From Podarcis bocagei (lineage: Eukaryota), in NCBI GenBank assembly GCA_964188305.1, contig OZ076889.1: a stretch of 64,000 bases of DNA; one strand, 5' to 3'. Position 1 is the first letter of the stretch, and each line of letters begins with the position of its first letter. The notes under the pieces were generated by a model, which was not told where the DNA came from, did not search any database, and was given only the letters and a program-made list of their open reading frames with translations. This document shows, piece by piece, positions 12,936-25,300 of this stretch. The position numbers were made by a program, and so were the translations under genes.

Positions 12936-14708
12936 CTGCTGCTTGTTTGGTTTTACTTTTCCAATAATTGTTCCAGAGACTTTGCTGAGTTTCGAATCTG
13001 TCACACCACCACCTGGGGAAGGGTAGCAATAATACCTGCTAATAAACTGATCAAGTGGCTATTGAGGGCGTGGGCTTGTGTTGATGAAGCTACAGCAGTA
13101 CATGCTCTTTGGCAATGGGGATGGATGGATGGGTGTCCTTGTGGGTACTGAACTGCATCACAAAATTCATCACTTATTTGGGGATGTGCCAGTACTGCCC
13201 CTAGGATAGTATACACAGTAATAATCCCAATTCCTGTTGTAATAGTTTCCACCTAATCTTTCTCTTCACTATACTATATTGCAGCCTTGCTTGATAAAAT
13301 GCAATCTGTTTTTGCTGCAGTCCACATGATTACTACTCTGGATATGGCACGTTGGCAATCATGGATGTCAAAATTTTGTGGCACCTTAAAGCTGGCAAAT
13401 TTTATTCTGGCACAATAAATTTCAATGGATTAAGAGCTCATTTAATCAGATAATCTTATTATGATGGAACCAAATGGGTTAGTCTTTGTAATTTTGATAG
13501 GCTGTTTTGGGTCTGCTCACAGGGTCCATTCAAAGCCATTTGTCCCATAGTCATTGCCTCTTATATTCTACCATAGGCATCTTCAAGGTGGCCTAGCATT
13601 TTAGAGGATTAGTTTGGAAGAGATTTCTATTTTACTACAGCATTAAGTAATGTCTGGCATTAGAAAAATATAAGGCTGCCACAATTTCTTACTATAGTAT
13701 ATAAAAAAAACTGCCTGCTTGTAATTCTGGATATTCAAAAAAGCAAAAAAGCAAAAGCAAAGAGCTTTTAAAGCTAAAGAGCAAATAAAAAAGCAAAGAG
13801 CAAATAAAATTGAGAGAAGTTATACACAGAACTGTAATACGGGAACAAAAATGCTCCTGTCATGTTCACCTCTATTGTAAAGGTTCCCCAAACATCTCTT
13901 CTAAACGAATAAAACTTAATAGGCCTTGTACTGACATATCCTAATCCAGAGTTGCCTTGTTCTTCAGCAGCTCTTGACAAAGTGCCAGTTTTACAAATTT
14001 AATCAATCTCTTTGTAAATGCAACAGCTCTTGAAATTAGATGGGGGAAAAGGCGCTTCCTCTTGGCTGCTCTAGGCAGCCATGTTCCTTAACATAAATTC
14101 CTTTAACTGTTTCTAAAGGTTTAACATCCTGGATTTAGATGGCAAATGAGACTTGATAGATGACTCCTCCCAATTACTTTTGCTGCCAGAGGGTACAACT
14201 TGGGGCATTTGGGATGTGTAAGAAGACAGAAGGAATTAAAACATTTGAGGCTAAATTAACCCTTGCCTGCTCCGTTTTCTTTCCCACCCTCCCACCCAGT
14301 TTTCAAGGTTATTTTTTCTCTGTCAGGCTGCAGCAATAGGAGTACCCATGGGAAGGAGGGTATCCTGTGTACTATGCTCCCCTTCTGCCTTTGACATCCA
14401 GGTCTGCTGCTATTCCATCTAATTTATCCCTAAGGAATAATTAAAAACTACAGCAGCAGGGCAGGTGTGCTAAAAAACAATGTGCTGGTTAGAGTTAGTC
14501 TAATGCATACAGTAAAGGCTAATAGCTAATCATGGAGGCCAGACACATCTGTCCGTGAAAGCTTGTGCTATAATAAAATACAATTAAGTGGGTACAAGAT
14601 CTTTTGTCAGTGTTGCTGGATTAGAATTTATCGAAGATTTGATTGCATTCTAGGCTTGAATAAGGACAGTTCCCCCTTCCATTGCACATTATTTTATTCC
14701 TTACTGTA

Positions 14709-15072
14709 GGGATGTGGGTGGTGCTGTGGTCTAAACCACTGAGCATCTTGGGCTTGCCGATTGGAAGGTTGGCGGTTCAAATCTGCACCACGGGGTGAGC
14801 TCCTGTTGCTCTGTCTCTGCTCCTGCCAACCTAGCAGTTCAAAAGCACACCAGTGCAAGTAGATAAATAGGTATTGCTGTGGCGGGAAGGTGAACACCAT
14901 TTCTGTGCACTCTGGTTTCCGTCACGGTGTTCCGTTGCACCAGAAGCATTTGTCATGCTGGTCACATGACCCGGAAAATGGACAAACACCATCTCCCTCG
15001 GCCTGAAAGCAAGATGAGCGCTGCACCCCATAGTTGCCTTTGGCTGGACATCCAGGAGTCCTATAACTTACC
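14709..15072 (+). mobile_element. Sauria SINE (Squam1-like), full length
   Basis: Typical head GGGA(T)G(T)GGGTGG(T)GCTGTGGTCTAAACC and core AGATAAATAGGTA; 13-bp TSD TATTCCTTACTGT at 14695-14707 and 15073-15085; homologous to 47237-47607. Confidence 0.88.
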
Positions 15073-15881
15073 TATTCCTTACTGTCACTACTGTGAATGA
15101 TCCTTAGGGCTAAACTTAGGGCTAAATTGTTCATGCTTAAACTGGATATTTTCCGTCTGAAGAAAAAGCAGTCAGAGCACCATAATCTAAAAAGAGCTCC
15201 TGATTTGAATGGTGGTCCTACACCAGTTTCCTCCTGGAAATCCCCACCCCCAGCTGCTATTTGCTTCCAGGAAGTTGCATCCTCAGAGAGAGATTTAATT
15301 GCTCTTGCAATTGCAGAGCAAGGTACAGTTCATCCATGTACCTGATACAATCACTGCAAAAGAAGGCAGATAAGTTTGCAGACAGTCAATGCTAAAATAA
15401 ACATTTTGGCACTAAACTGTAACAAGAAGCTTGGGTGAATAACCAGGTCCAAATTAGTAGTTGGTTTTTTAAAAAAAGGTGCAAGCCATATTTTAGAGGG
15501 AAGGAAATTCCAAAGCTAAGGTGCCATCACAAGGAAGGCTTTCCCACACATTGCCACATAGCAGGGCTTAGCTAAATCAGTGGGTAGGAGAGATTTTCAC
15601 AAGGAAACTTGCACAGAGCCCCCATCCACACTGGGAGCATGTTCTGGATTGGGGCCCTGTGATTGCTCCCTCCCCCCAGAGAATGGTGATGAGTTTAAGT
15701 ATGCTTTTTCAAAAGTACAAATACATAATGTGTAGTTTGGCCTTTAAATTGCTATAGGTTGTACTTTATGCATTTCATGACCATTTGATCCCTGTTTTTC
15801 TTTACCCACCAACACCCACCCATATGTATGTACATAATATGCCAACTAACGTTACGATTTCATGGATTTGATAATATGTAT

Positions 15882-16073
15882 GGGGAGGTGCTGTAGCTCA
15901 GTGGGAGAGCACATGATTTGTATGAAAAAGGCCCCAGGTTCAATCTTTAGTATCTCCAGGTGGAGCTAGGAAAGACACTCATTTGAAATCCTAGACAGCT
16001 GCTGCCAGTCAGGGTAGACAATACTGGGCTAGATGGACCAGTGACCAAGCTCCATAAAAGCATATTCCTATGT
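15882..16073 (+). mobile_element. tRNA-derived SINE (Squam3-like)
   Basis: tRNA-like head GTAGCTCAGTGGGAGAGCA...GGTTCAATC, body GCTGCTGCCAGTCAG.GTAGACAATACTG..CTAGATGGACCA; homologous to 56118-56302. Confidence 0.75.
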
Positions 16074-17346
16074 GCTAGTCTATGAAACCTTACACAACAG
16101 TTTGTCTTTAAGGTGCTCAAGAAACTTGTTTTTAACTAGAACCACCTAACCAGGACTACACCTATTTGGAAACGTAAAATCTGCCTGGGCTTTTTCATAT
16201 CTGGAAATCTAAAAAGCCACATGAGTATAGACAAGCTTTTCAGCTGATCTCATGGAATATTGTCAACATTTCCCAGCATTTTCCTAGGGCAAGGTACATT
16301 AACTTGTCAACAAGTGAGTCAGCATTAGCACAGAAAAATGAAACTGGATTTGTGCCTGTCAGAAAAACAGAGGTGCTCTGTTATAGTTCTTCAGTCTTTA
16401 GTCCCAATCATATAACCAGCAAATGTTTTATTGAAATCCCAATTGCTGATGAATTTAATGACAAAGCAAGAACCCCACACAAAACAGAAACAGCCTCTAT
16501 CACAGCACCTGTTGCAATCTACAAAATTGAATTAGGCTGCCCTCTTGCATATATTTTTTTCCAGCATCAAGCTAGGATTACAGGTACTCAAGAAGCATTG
16601 CCTCCTGCAAGTAAATATATTGCAGCAAACCTGTTTTCGCTGGCAAGATGTCCCAGCTAATCTTGGCTCCTTGGCAAATAAACCTGTACAATATAGGAGT
16701 TTCCAAACACTCAGAGCAAAAAAGAGGGTAGTTATTTTCATTCAAAGTATGTTCGAAAAGTTGCTGAAGAGACTCTTCTTCCACTTCACAAATTTTGGCT
16801 GAGAATTTTGGTAGTGGCCCTGGACTTTGAGATAAGACTAAAATGGAGGACCAGGAAACTTCCAAAGAACACTAAAGAAATGCAGACAGGGCCACACTCC
16901 CTTTTGGACAATGACAGGGGTCACTTACCAAGGGGTGGGTGTATCCAAAGTGTGTGTGGCCAAACAAATACCACTCCATCCAGGCAAGCAAAAGGTTCAA
17001 GGACACATTCCTTGAACCTTTTGCAACACAAGATGGCAGTGCAGAGCAGAATCAGTGAGAAACGTGGCCTTGGCAGAGTCCTGAGCACTGGACAGAATGA
17101 TGTGGAGGCTTACTTCTGATCCCTGGGCCTGAGGTCTGCTCACCTCCCACTTCCTCACCCCACTGTCAATAGAAGAGGCAGGATGTTTGTTGTTGAGAAG
17201 CAAGAAACAAGGCATTTTGCCTCTGGTTCTTCTCAAGTCACGTAGAATGGAGAAAGTGAACTGCAGCTTTCTTAGCATTTTCTTAACTTCTATAAGGCAG
17301 CTTAGCCCACACTTTGGGAAGAAACACAGAAAAAGTAGCACTCGTA

Positions 17347-17567
17347 CAGTGGTACCTCGGGTTACAAACACCTTGGGTTACAAACACTTCAGGTTACAGA
17401 CTCTGCTAACCCAGAAGTAGTACCCCGGGTTAAGAACTTTGCCCCAGGATGAGAACAGAAATCGCGCACTGGCAGCACAGCTAAAGTGGTACCTCAGGTT
17501 AAGAACGGTTTCAGGTTAAGAAAAAGACCTCAAGAACGAATTAAGTTCGTAACCAGAGGTACCACTG
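17347..17567 (+). mobile_element. Tc1/mariner-type MITE
   Basis: 19-bp TIR CAGTGGTACCTC(G/T)GGTTAC with 1 mismatch, TA on both flanks, internal GGTTA(C/A)-repeat subunits. Confidence 0.9.
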
Positions 17568-18350
17568 TATTTGTTTTCTGTTTAATATATTACTGTAACT
17601 CACAGAGGGATAAAAATGTATTGGAAGGTAAATATTCCCAGCCTTGCTGACTTTTGATTTTTGGGAGAAACAATCACCAAGACCAAAAAGAACCCGGAAA
17701 AAGAAGTATGCCAGTTTACAGAAAAAGATGTCTATGTTGTGACACTCTTATCATTTTACAAATGATAATGGAGACACTTACAGTCACTTTGTATACCACT
17801 TTCCATATAAACATAACTTTTTTTGAAGTGCACCATCCATAAAATTGAAATACTTCTGTATTTGTACCACTCATATCCCTCCCAAGAAGCACTGTTATCA
17901 CCACCACCCACTTAAGGAAAGCTAAAGCTGATTTCTGCTTGCTGCATCGTGGTGTGTTCATTTACTCTGCAACCACCTGCCTTGAACCTGCTTCTGAAAC
18001 AATATAAGTTAGTAAATATTTAGTAAATGTCCCAACAGATTTAAGTGCTAGAAACAGAAGGGTTGTGTTTCTGGTGCTGAAACCTAAAAACGACAATTCC
18101 AGACTATGTAGTAGGGTTATGTGACAGTAAGGGAAGTGGTTTATCAGAAATAGGTACATGAAAATTTGGGATTTGCTTCGAAGGGAAGTCTAAAAACTAC
18201 CCGCATGAAATCATGTCGAAACACGTTACAGCTGCTGCTTCTACTACCTTTAACATACAGCATTTAACAGCACTGATCGAGAAGCCATTTCCCAAGCATA
18301 GCTACCCTGCTTTGCTTTCAATATCTCAGTTCTTTCTCTCCAGATATTTG

Positions 18351-18439
18351 CATAGCTGTCAACTTTTCCCTTTTTTAAGGGAAATTCCCTTATTCCGAAT
18401 AAGATTCCTCGCAAGAAAAGGGAAAAGTTGACAGCTATG
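18351..18439 (+). mobile_element. 89-bp hAT MITE upstream of RBBP5
   Basis: 24-bp perfect TIR CATAGCTGTCAACTTTTCCCTTTT; 8-bp TSD GATATTTG at 18343-18350 and 18440-18447. Confidence 0.92.
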
Positions 18440-18537
18440 GATATTTGTAATCTGGAGAGAAAAGGCGGCTCAGTAGATGCCTTTCCCCCCCCCCCCCACA
18501 AGCCCTGCGGCTACAACACGCCTCTCGATTTCCCTTT

Positions 18538-18666
18538 CAGGCCAGGAAGGTGAACCGGGTGCTCTCCAGATCTTGTTGGATTACAACTCCCATCAGCCTC
18601 AGCCAGGATAGCCTGGTTGCAGCCGCATTTCAACAACATCTGGAGGCACGCAGGTTCCCATACCTG
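18538..18666. mobile_element. Degenerate palindromic hAT-like MITE (CCAGATGTT...CAACTCCCATCA family)
   Basis: Inverted structure CTCCAGATCTTGTTG ... CAACAACATCTGGAG; related copies near 20330, 21250, 42265, 45750, 46590, 49885 and 55779. Confidence 0.6.
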
Positions 18667-18669
18667 CCC

Positions 18670-19330
18670 TAGAATAACATGCGCTACGCCAGCACCGTTT
18701 CCTCCTCCGCTGCCGCCCTCCTCCCGGAACTCTTCGCGCACGCTGCTTCGTTTCGAGCCGGTGTTCTTTATTCGACGGACTGGGATTCGTAGCTGCCCTG
18801 GCGACTGCCTGCTCCTGACGCTACTCAAACCGTTTGCCCCGAGACGCTATTCGCCGCCGTCCCGAAGCGATGGAGGCGAGCGTCGAGGCCCGGAGTTGGG
18901 CGTGACTCGGAAGCCGGACCGGAGCCCTGCGAAACGAGTGGGCTGCGGTTGTGTCAGGCTGAGCCTGGAGCCGGGCCCCTTGGCTGGGTGTGCGCGAGGA
19001 CCCCTGGGGTCCTTGGTTCCGGAGCGGGATCGGACGGAGCGAGAAAGTGGCCAAGATGAATCTGGAGCTGCTGGGTGCGTGGCTTTTTAAATGGTCGCGT
19101 CGAGCCCTCCTTGGTGCTTCGCTTCGGTGGGGCGGGAGGGGGCCGGAGCGGGCGGCTGGGCTGCGCCAGGGGGCCTGGGCGCCTGGGACGTGGAAGGCAG
19201 CGAAGTGCCGGGGCACCCGACCCGGACCAGGGGCCGGAGAAGCACTTGGGCTGGGGCGGCTCCTGGGAGAAGGTCCCCCTCCTCGCGCCGCTTGCACAAA
19301 ACGCGGCTTCATAATTCTTGGCAGGGCGAG
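18670..19330 (+). promoter_or_regulatory. RBBP5: CpG island / RBBP5 promoter and first exon
   Basis: Only long CpG-dense, GC-rich stretch in the window; spans the RBBP5 ATG at 19056; ETS-type CGGAAG at about 18908. Confidence 0.85.
19056..19074 (+). CDS. RBBP5: RBBP5 coding exon 1 (MNLELL)
   Basis: AAG ATG AAT CTG GAG CTG CTG G|gtgcgt. Confidence 0.93.
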
Positions 19331-22300
19331 AGTGAAACCCACTACTGACACCTCTTTTAAGTTCACCATTAAGCTAACAAGTCAGGGGATGCAGCCCTGG
19401 GGGCTGGTTTAATGGCATGTAAATTCGTGGTCGCCCACCTTCGCTGCTCTCCTCTCCCTCTTCCTCCTCCTCCTCCTCGACTGGCAGAAACTGCTACCCT
19501 GAAGTCATGGCGGTGCTTGATTTCCCATGGCAGGTTTCTTTCCTCCTGCCTGCCCTGTTGCTAGGCCAAACAAGCTGACAGTCCCGTTGCCATGGCAGCC
19601 ATGCCAGTTTTGACCACTCGGTTTCTAGTGTCTTGGGACCAAAGAAGTTTCTTCAGGCTGCAGTATTTGTTCACACAGCCATGAGTCAGCCCCACTGAAC
19701 GTAGTGGCCGTTACTTCTAAGCAAGCATGTGTAGGATCGCACCGTTTGTGCTGCCCAGCGTTTGGTTATGCGTCAAGGGTACACCCTAGGGATCACACAT
19801 TTTTAAAGTGCAAGATAAGCGTTGCTCGTTCAGTGTACTGAAACATTGTGATACCCCACATTCTCCCTGGAAGATCTGGTTCACTTTAACCCGTTTGCCA
19901 TCCTGCTCAAAGGTTTCTCAGAATTTGACCAAAGCTTTTCCTAGGCATATTTACAGTCCAATCCTAACCAGTCTCACTGATTTCTAAACCTCTTTTCAGT
20001 TGGTGTATTCTCAGTAGGGAAGGGGAATAATTTAGGTTCTTTAGCTTTTGATTTAAGACCTAGGAAGGATCAAACTGACACCGTGCTACCGCCTGCTCCA
20101 AAGGAAAGAGGAAAGATCCACATGCAAAGTGCCCACATACGAAGGATGAATTTGCAAAATTATTGTATCTTAAGCAGAAACCATTGACATTTTGGAATGG
20201 TATTTGCAGGGCAACTGCCTCTTGATATTTATGCAAGTGGTCCGTGACACATGCTACATGGGAAGACAAAACCAGAAAAAGCAGACTACTTGACAAAGTG
20301 GGGAATCATTGCATTAAGTGCTAGTTCAGGTCTGGGAAGCCTTTTGGGCTCATCTCTGCCTATTGGCCATACTTATTGGGGATTATGGGAATTGTAGTTC
20401 AGCAACATGTGGTGGGACCAAAGGTTCCCCACACCTGTCCTAGCTGACCAGCTCCTGAATAGGAGAAAAACTGAAGAGTCAAAGTGGATGTGACATTAAA
20501 TGCATTTTTAAAATGCAAATAGCATCAGCTGGTGGGGCATGAGGGCAACCATGGAGAGGAATTTTAACCCTTTCCCCACCTTTTATTGTCCTGAGGATAA
20601 TTCCGCCTCTAAAACCAGTATCTACATTGGGAAGAAATCCCCCATTTGCATCCCACGAATGGTAAGCCCACCCTCAGTTGATGTTATTTGCATTTTAAGA
20701 ATTCTGCAAAGTGCAAAGATGCATTTTAACGTATGTAGTTTGACCCTCAGTCTTGGGGTGTTGTTTTTTTTAAAAAAATAATGTTATTAAATTTATTATC
20801 TTCCATTCATTTTCAACACATTTAGATGGCTCATAATTAATGCAATAAAATAACAGTAATTATAAAGCACCATAAAATATAGGTTGACACAAGTAGCCTA
20901 AAAACAATGTGAGCACCCCAGATTAAAAGCCCCTACAGGCATGGCTTTACATATTTTTCTTCTACCTTCCTCACTTCCCATATAAGTAGGATTAGAAGCA
21001 GAGCCCTTTCTTTCTGAAGATTATTACATCAAGGCAATACTGAGGTTATTCTTGCAGAGAGTTGTGATAATTTTGTAATGCTTGGCATTTGAATGTTTAC
21101 ATCAAATGTCATGCACTTACATTCTGCTCTATATTCTTATTTTATTGTTGCCTAAATAGCTGATTTGCACCCACCTTGCCAAGTTAAGAATATTTTAGTT
21201 ATCTGTGCTTTGTTGCTAGAACTACCTCCACTCACCACTGATTCATAACCGTGGTGGGGAACCTGTGGCCCTCCTGATATTATTGGACTATATAACTGTT
21301 CTCATCCTAGATCATTTGGTGTGCTGGCTGGAGCTGATGAGAGTTAAGGGCCAATGCCTGGCATTTGGGATCAAATTTCTCATTATAAGCAGCATACTTT
21401 CATTTTTTAAAAAATTGAAGTATTGTATAACACAAAGAATGTGGTACTGTCTAACTTATTTCATGCTTTATACTTCTGTTTTATTTCAGAATCATTTGGA
21501 CAGAACTATCCAGAGGTAAATGTCTCCCTCACTCAAAGTTGGCACATTCTATTCTAATGTTGTTTGGCTTGTGACTTGGTTTTATTATGTTTGAAGACGG
21601 GAAGCAGATGTTTGTTGAACTGCAATGTGGATATTTGGTGTATGTTAAAGTGCATCAGGAAAACATGTCTATCTGAAAACCAGCATCTCTTCAACTTCTG
21701 ATTTTTAATCTCATGCATACTTTCCCTTCAGTGTCTAGGTGATCTCTCAAATAGCAGTGGCCTTACTTTGCCTGAGACATTTCAAAGGTGTGAAGCATAC
21801 TGGCTATATAGCTTTGAAATGAAATTGGTTGACATTGATTTTTATACCTTTCATTGTTTTCAGGAAGCTGATGGCACACTGGACTGCATTAGTATGGCCC
21901 TTACTTGTACTTTTAACAGGTGGGGCACACTTCTAGCAGTAGGTTGTAATGATGGTCGGATTGTCATTTGGGACTTCTTGACAAGAGGCATAGCAAAAAT
22001 CATAAGTGCTCATATCCACCCCGTCTGTTCTTTATGGTAAGAAATTTATTTCAATATGAGTTAAATATGATTTATCAATAGCATACTCTCAGCTTAAGTA
22101 AAAACCACAGTGTGCATGTCATGTGTTCAGTATATCATTTTCACAAGTTGAAAGTTACAAAGCTTGAACTCTGCATGAAGTTTACACTCCAAGGGCTAAA
22201 AAGGAAAGTTGGTTTTTAAAGTCATCTCTTTGATAGTGAAAGCTGCTGCAGGGGAAAAAATCAACGAAAGATCCAGCTACACAGAAGATTCATGCCCCCC

Positions 22301-25300
22301 TCCCCACATGCATTCAGTATCTTTGGATCACAGCTATAGACTTGAGAATCCGATTCCCTCTTAGATTCTTGCAAGGGGCTTATGCCCGCCCGGTGGATCT
22401 TTTGATCTTTTCTTTGAATTGATGAGCTTCATTCTGTATCATAGACTACTTTTGAAACGCCCTTCAGTTTCAAAATCAGTTTACTTGCAACATGGGATGC
22501 TGCTATCAAAGAAAAACAGGTCTAAATCCCTTTGAGTTCATGAAATTATCCTTTCTTTTGATCCTGGCTGCTTTGCATCCACCTGCTGGGAAAATGCGGA
22601 TTATAAGCTTAAAATAAATAAATAACTTCCCTTTCCCAGCACGGATAATTTGAACTTCTAGAAATATTTTGCTTGTTACTTTTTATTGGATACTTCAGGA
22701 CCTCATTGTTGGATTTTTTAATAACATACAGTAGAAAAAACAAACCCCAGTGTTTTGCTGTATCAAGTGTTTCTGGGTTTTGTAGGCTTTTTAGTGCAAA
22801 AGCCATAAAGTATTTTTTATTACAAATGCTTTGTTTCAAGATATTTTACAATCACCATTCAGCTCTGCTATAAATGCATTGGTATCTGAGTAAATTTAGC
22901 TTTAGTTGCAGTATAGAGCACTATTCACTTCAGTGTGGTTAAAATAATAGTCCCCAAAACAAATAATCTAACTGATTAGTTCTGTATACTGGCACCCCAG
23001 TTTAAATACATTTACTTGGATGTTCCTTTGATAGAACGCTCTTTTGATTTGAAAGCATATTATGAGCCAGTAGCTCTGACCATTTTAAGTAATATTTGTG
23101 GGGATAGCAACAAAACAAAGGTTGCAGTCTTGAACTTTCTCTTCCAGTTGGAGTCGAGATGGCCACAAATTGGTGAGTGCGTCAACTGATAATATGGTAT
23201 CTCAGTGGGATGTTCTGACTGGTGATTGTGACCAGAGGTTTCGTTTCCCTTCTCCGATCCTGAAAGTCCAGTACCATCCCCGCGATCAGTAAGTAATACT
23301 AACAAAGACCTTTCCCTAGAGCAGTCTTGGAAAACCGAATGGTTTCTTGCCTACCGTATTCTAATCAAGATTATATGTCATCATTTGCCTTATTCAACAC
23401 AGTTCTTTACTGTGGGCCATATTCGACAAAATATGGGAGCCCGTGCAACAAGTCCCACTAGCGCAACAGGGGTCCTACCTCCTACAACACAGCCCTCAAA
23501 TCAGTTCAGGGGGGAGCAGTTGGGAGAACCCCCATAACAGCGTGCAGGGGGAGGAGATGAGGGGTCCTTAGGTCTGGCAATCAGAAATGCTTGTGCTGAT
23601 CATCATCCCAGCGTGGTGCTGAATTCCTCCACTACGAGAGATTATCTGAAGCTTTGTTCTTGGAAGTCATCAATATGCTGGTGATAGTTCAATAGCAGTC
23701 TTCAGAAGTGGCCCCTCCATGCATATAGCCAATACATGAAGAGGGGTACTGGGATCCTGCCGTGCAGTCTGAGACGAGTGACTGCTCACTTCCCACTCCC
23801 ACCTCCTGACATCTGGCATTGAGGGGGTCTTTGCACAGATAGTTGTACATGCATAGACTCTTAATCCTAGTGGGTGGCCATCTTTATGGCCCAATTCAAT
23901 ATACTACTACTTGTTTTAAAGCATGACTGCCATGTGATTGAAGAATAGTAGCCAAGTAATAGATTAAATCTGCATTAATTTGCATTTGTGGAAAACCACC
24001 ATAATTCTAAAGAAAAAGATGCAGACACCTCATGCAAGAAAGGGCTCTGCCAAGCTTCTGCTTTCTATCTGCAGTGTCTTGTCTGCATCCCTAAGCCTTT
24101 TGCCTGGAGGGCTTTCCCTGCCTTGATCCCATCCCCTTCATCTCTGTGTTCTCTCTTTTTTCTTGTCCTCGCTGATCTCTAGCTCTGCAGCCTCTGCTTT
24201 CAGGCATACACAAAGTTCCTGCATCCTTAGAAACCTCCTTTTAGCCCACCCCTTTCCCCCCTGTTCCAAAAGAGACACCAGGTAAGAAAATAGAAAATTT
24301 GAGAATTTCTTTTTTTGTTTCTTGTTGGTTTCTATTTGTTTAGAAACAGGGTGTTGGTATGTCCAATGAAGTCTGCACCTGTCATGCTAACATTGTCTGA
24401 TTCAAAACATGTTGTCCTACCAGTGGATGATGATTCTGATCTGAATGTGGTGGCTTCTTTTGACCGGCGAGGAGAATATATCTACACGGGGAATGCTAAA
24501 GGGAAGGTGAGAACTCACTGAACAAATACTTGGTGGTTAGCGGGTTCAGTTATCTGATTTGTATGACTCACCTTAGAAGTGTTGTAAATAGAAGAAATGT
24601 GCTTCACTTTATTGCTGTCTTGGTTCTCCCTCCCTCCCTCCCTCCCTCTCTCTCAGCTCAAAATCTTCCAGGAATATCATGATTCTAAGCAAAATTTATT
24701 TTGGCTTTGATGAAGCAACTGGGTACACATTATCTAAAATAGACTATGCAGAAAAAATTATCTTATTCAGAAATTATCTTATTCCTCATCAGGAGGGCTT
24801 TAAACTGACTAATGTGGGGGAGGGAGACAGTGCTCCTGAAGGTAGGAGTCTATCAATTAATGAAGATGATCATCCAAATGTCATAGACCAAATGGAGCAA
24901 ACAGCACGCGGACCTAGTGGTGGGAGGAAAAAATCCTTAAATAAGAGACACGGGGGAATGATTAATGGACTTCAATGTCTGTACACTAATGCGCAAAGCA
25001 TGGGAAATAAACAAGATGAGCTTGAGCTCTTGGTACAGCAAACTAAATATGACATAATAGGCATCACTGAAACCTGGTGGGATAAGTCCCACGATTGGAA
25101 TGTAATAATGGGGGGATACAATCTATTTCAGAGAAACAGACCAGACAAGAAAGGAGGAGGAGTGGTGTTATATGTCAGGGATGTGTATACCTGTGAAGAG
25201 ATCCAAGATTTAGAACCTCAAAGCCAATGTGAGAGCATTTGGGTCAAAATTAAGGGAGAGAAGAATAACAGAGACCTCATTGTGGGAGTTTACTATAGAT

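Noticed and set aside
16304-17420. Cluster of 77-124 aa ORFs in the intergenic region
   Set aside because: No recognisable domains or splice-consistent structure, and many use non-ATG starts; consistent with chance
17347-17567. CRISPR-like repeat-spacer array (GGTTA repeats)
   Set aside because: Irregular subterminal repeats of a TA-flanked mariner MITE in a vertebrate genome; no cas genes
18511-19412. Overlapping 105-182 aa ORFs on both strands at the RBBP5 promoter
   Set aside because: Stop-codon scarcity in a GC-rich CpG island gives Pro/Arg/Gly-rich translations; only MNLELL is real coding sequence
24506-24710. In-frame fusion of RBBP5 exon 5 to CR1 ORF2
   Set aside because: The phase-0 donor joined to either cryptic acceptor reaches TGA at 24708-24710; only the phase-2 donors of exons 3 and 4 fit
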